Shown here piece by piece: positions 60,519 through 64,000 of a DNA stretch of 64,000 bases. The first letter of the stretch is position 1, and every line of letters starts with the position of its first letter. This DNA comes from Felis catus (taxonomy: Eukaryota). The stretch covers positions 27,220,001 through 27,284,000 of the forward strand of contig NC_058383.1 of assembly GCF_018350175.1 (NCBI RefSeq). Direction: 5' to 3'. A model generated the notes under the pieces. The model did not search any database and was not told the DNA's origin. It saw only the letters and a list, made by a program, of their open reading frames with translations. The position numbers and the translations under genes were made by a program.

Positions 60519-63500
60519 ACATGGACTGTGAGCTCCATGACGGCAGGAACTACATGTGACACAAAGCATGTGCTCATGACGCACCTGTCCATTTACGAAC
60601 ATGCCAAGCACTCGCACATACAAACAGATCACGGCGAACAGCTAACAGATGAGCTGGGCGACCCAAAGTTCTTGCAATTCTCCATCCACGTTCATTCACC
60701 CCCTGGAAGGAACTGACCAACAGGGTGCTCCAGGCGTGGGATTATGCAATTTTGTTGGTCATTTGCCAGATTCCAGAATGTCACCACCCACACTGCTCAG
60801 AGCACCACTGCAGTTCAGTCCCCTGCAACGTTCAGCATAGCAGGGACCCTATGGCCCCATGAGGAGACCAGGGCTGGGGTTTCCACAGAGAACATCCCCA
60901 CCAAGGTGGGCAGTGAGCAAGGGGCGGTAAAACCCCCAACCCACCTATCAGATGGAGTCTGAGCACCGTGGAGACTGGAGGGCTGTCCCTAGAGCGGCTG
61001 GGATGACCTTCTGTCTTCGAACAAAGACAGTGTGTCTATCTGGAAGTAAAGAGCCAACAGATGCCTCATTCTCCTGCACGAAGGGTGTGTTATACTCAAT
61101 CAGGTCCCGGCCAGGCCGCCTGTCAGCCAAGAAGGCGACAGCTTGCCTACTCGGCAGGGCGACCCAAGCGACCGCATACAAGGCCCTCCGGGGGCTGCCG
61201 TGCTCTGTGGCACGCCTCGCTCCCACGCAGCTGCCTTCCCTCTGCCAAGGTAAAGGCCCTGGAACATGGACTTCCATGTCTGGACTAGGGCGGAGGCTCT
61301 GTCCACTTAGCATTACACAAACTAACAGCCTGGCTCCTCGGCCCTGAGACAGAATGAGCCAATGTCTGCCTCTGGCGATGCAAAACTCAATTCAGTCAGT
61401 GGAAATAGTACATGGAGGGCCAGATGTAGCCTTTGGCTTCAAGAACTCAGTTGGCTCAACTCACACATCTGTTTTTTATTAAATGCTGCTTGTGATTTGA
61501 TCGTGGATGTGTTGTTGTCTGAAGGCAGGGGGTGTGGGGGGAGAGGGGAGAAGAGCAGGGATTAAATCACTGTTCTAGAAAAGAGAAATAGGTGTATGCA
61601 GTATTCGATCTGCCAATAGACAAAAATACACACACCCACGTGCATGCACACACGGTGGGTGTTCACACCCCCATTTTACTGATGGGCAGGCACACTGAGG
61701 ACCCATGAGGTGAACTGCTGATAAGCAGCACATCCAAGAGTCAAACCCAGATAGGATGATCCCACCACCTAGTTTCCCCTCCCCCCCCCCCCATTGTGGT
61801 GTTAGGGCTACAATCAGTATTATGTGCTGCCTCAACATCTGGGGAAAATCAGGAAGGCCTCCAACAGCCTAAATCTCAGTTCCTGTGCCCCCTTCTCTCC
61901 ACTGGGTGAGGTCCCCTGGCCCGGCAACCCTCCCCATCACAGAGACCAGGCAGCTCCTGCTCGTCCCTGAGCAGTGGGCTTTGCCCCTCAGGATTATTCA
62001 AACAAGACAATCTCACCCAGCTATGGGAAGCTGTAGTCACTTCGCCCACCCTCCTGATACTACCAAGACTGACCCTGGAGACACCCACAGACCCTGGAAT
62101 CGTGGAGAGCAACTGGCCCTCGCACTCTCCCCTCCACCATATGACCCTGCCTGGCATGTGACATCCTCCCTCAGGCTCAGTGTACGTGAGTAACTCCTTC
62201 CCATCTCCCCATCTCATCGGTCCAGTGCTGGATGCTGGGTGTGTGGCCAACCCCCCCAAAGGCCAGGAATCACTCCCTCACAGGCCACGGTGCTTCCCAA
62301 GAAACCGAGGCCTGGTGAGACATCCACAGGATGGACTGTTGTCGCAAATCGGCAACCTCCCCCTTCCTTCCACGTGGAATCCAGGGCGGGGGGTGGGGTG
62401 GGGGCGGTGGCCTAAGCCCAAGAAAGCAGCGAGCGCTCACGCACCTGGGGGGAGGCGAAACCCTGATTAACTGAACTCAACGGACCAGAACCATCGATTA
62501 ACAGAGATCACCTTTTGCTTCCTCTCAGGAGACTCCGAGCTCAGAAAAGGGAGAAATGCACAGTTGAAAAAGAAAAACTGTTTTCTTAGCTTTTCCCAGG
62601 TTCAGCTTTGATCCAGACCACTTTCCTTCATCATCGGGAGAACATGACTCATTGGAAATTTTCGAGAGTCATGTTTAAAAAAAAGAAAAAGAAAACAAAG
62701 AAACGGGACAGATGGGTTTGAATAATCTTGTCAACCCAATATGTTCAACATAGTCTCATTTTGTCATATGACCAATATGAACAAGTATCAAGGCAGTATT
62801 TTACCTGGTGTGGCTCATACTATCCACACCTAAGCACAGCTCACAGGACTCACTGCCCTTCAAGAGCTCTCTGGCCACCACGCTGGACAGCACAGGCTTG
62901 GAACGAAGTCTGAAGGGACTGTTGAGAACGCCGATTCTGGGCAATTGTAACAAACGGGTCATCGGTCAATGACTGCTACTGTCTTCTCCCAACTGGTTCA
63001 TCACGATTAACAAGCACATCCTGGGCTGATTAACGAGCCATGAGGACCTGTGGTAGGGGGCAACCAAGACCTTTCTCCACAGCCAGGGTCTTTCCCAGCA
63101 GAAAGGTGGCCTCGACCCCATCACCTGCCTCCTTCTCAGCGTTGAGATAAGTGGGTGGTCTCTCCACCTCCTAAGGGAACTCACACTTTACAGCCAATAA
63201 ATACTTCTTTGGAAAGGCCTTTTTAACTGCTAACCACCTAGAAACGGGCAGAGTTTGATGGTGCCCACAAAGGCACCCCCAAAGACGAGAACAGCCAGGG
63301 AGGGGCAGTGACAAATCCCACACGAAAAAAAATCAACCATCGATGGAGCTGATACAGCTCAGAGGCCACTGCCTGCAAGGAAGGAGGGCTAACCCTCACG
63401 CGAGGCAGAGATCATCATGAGGAGAGAACGGAGGTCAGAAAAATGAATGAATTGACCCAACCTGCTGCAGAGGGAAATCCAGAAGCAGGAGGACAACAAG

Positions 63501-64000
63501 GAACACAGTCGCCCTTCTCAAATATCAGTCCTTCACCTGCTAACCTTTCTGATTTTGTCCTATCCATGGAGCATCTGCAGTTTTCTTTATTTATCAAAGC
63601 TCTTTCAATCAGCTCAGCTCTATTTTTCTTTAATGAACTAATTGAAAAAGGAAACATTACCCATAAACTTAAAAAAAAAAAACAATATAATTTGCCACAG
63701 GTAGAACGTCACTAGGGAAAGAAAACAATAGCTATTCAATTCTTTAAAGTCTGTTCATGCACTGCTTGAAATTATCTTGGGCGCCTCCGGTTCATATTGG
63801 ACACACCTGAGCTCTGCCTGGTGACCTGGGAAGATCCGCGCAGGAGAAGAGGTGGGGAAGACGTCCCAGGTGAGGTACACCGCAGGCACAAAGGTGCAGG
63901 AGTAGAGGTGCATGGAGCAGGAAAGGCAGGGAGGGAGCTGACATTCAGGTACGTGCAATGGATTGGACACATTGAGAACACGGACGGACTCCCTTTGCAA

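Noticed and set aside
1881..64000. The several hundred 60-190 aa ORFs in the track, including 45568..46140 and 46769..47326
   Set aside because: Lengths are as expected by chance in GC-rich DNA; many begin at non-ATG codons or run through SINE, MIR, L2 or microsatellite sequence; no domain recognised

Overview
This is mammalian genomic DNA, almost certainly from a felid, since it carries cat-type tRNA-derived CAN-SINEs including two young SINEC_Fc-like copies. The only protein-coding sequence I can support is a 508-bp internal exon of XYLT1 (xylosyltransferase 1; orthologous to human exon 3) on the minus strand at 524-1031, with canonical AG/GT splice sites. Positions 1-523 are the start of the following intron and 1032-64000 belong to the very large preceding intron; I did not find the upstream ~39-bp exon in the window. 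The intronic sequence holds about 18 CAN-SINEs, ancient DNA transposons (MER20, MER20B, MER58A, MER5, MER45A, Charlie4a, MADE2), LTRs (MER67, MLT1), L1/L2/MIR relics, microsatellites, and several repeat-free, motif-dense blocks that look like enhancers. All other ORFs in the track appear spurious. I see no evidence of a new multi-gene system. The most interesting items are small-scale: two SINEs inserted one after the other into the same target site with a readable CpG-decay history, oppositely oriented SINEs flanking the exon (possible circRNA), a young and possibly polymorphic SINE with a cryptic splice acceptor, a perfected palindrome inside a SINE, and candidate SOX/homeobox enhancers. Repeat family names come from my recall of consensus sequences, not from a database search. 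Boundaries of old repeats are approximate.
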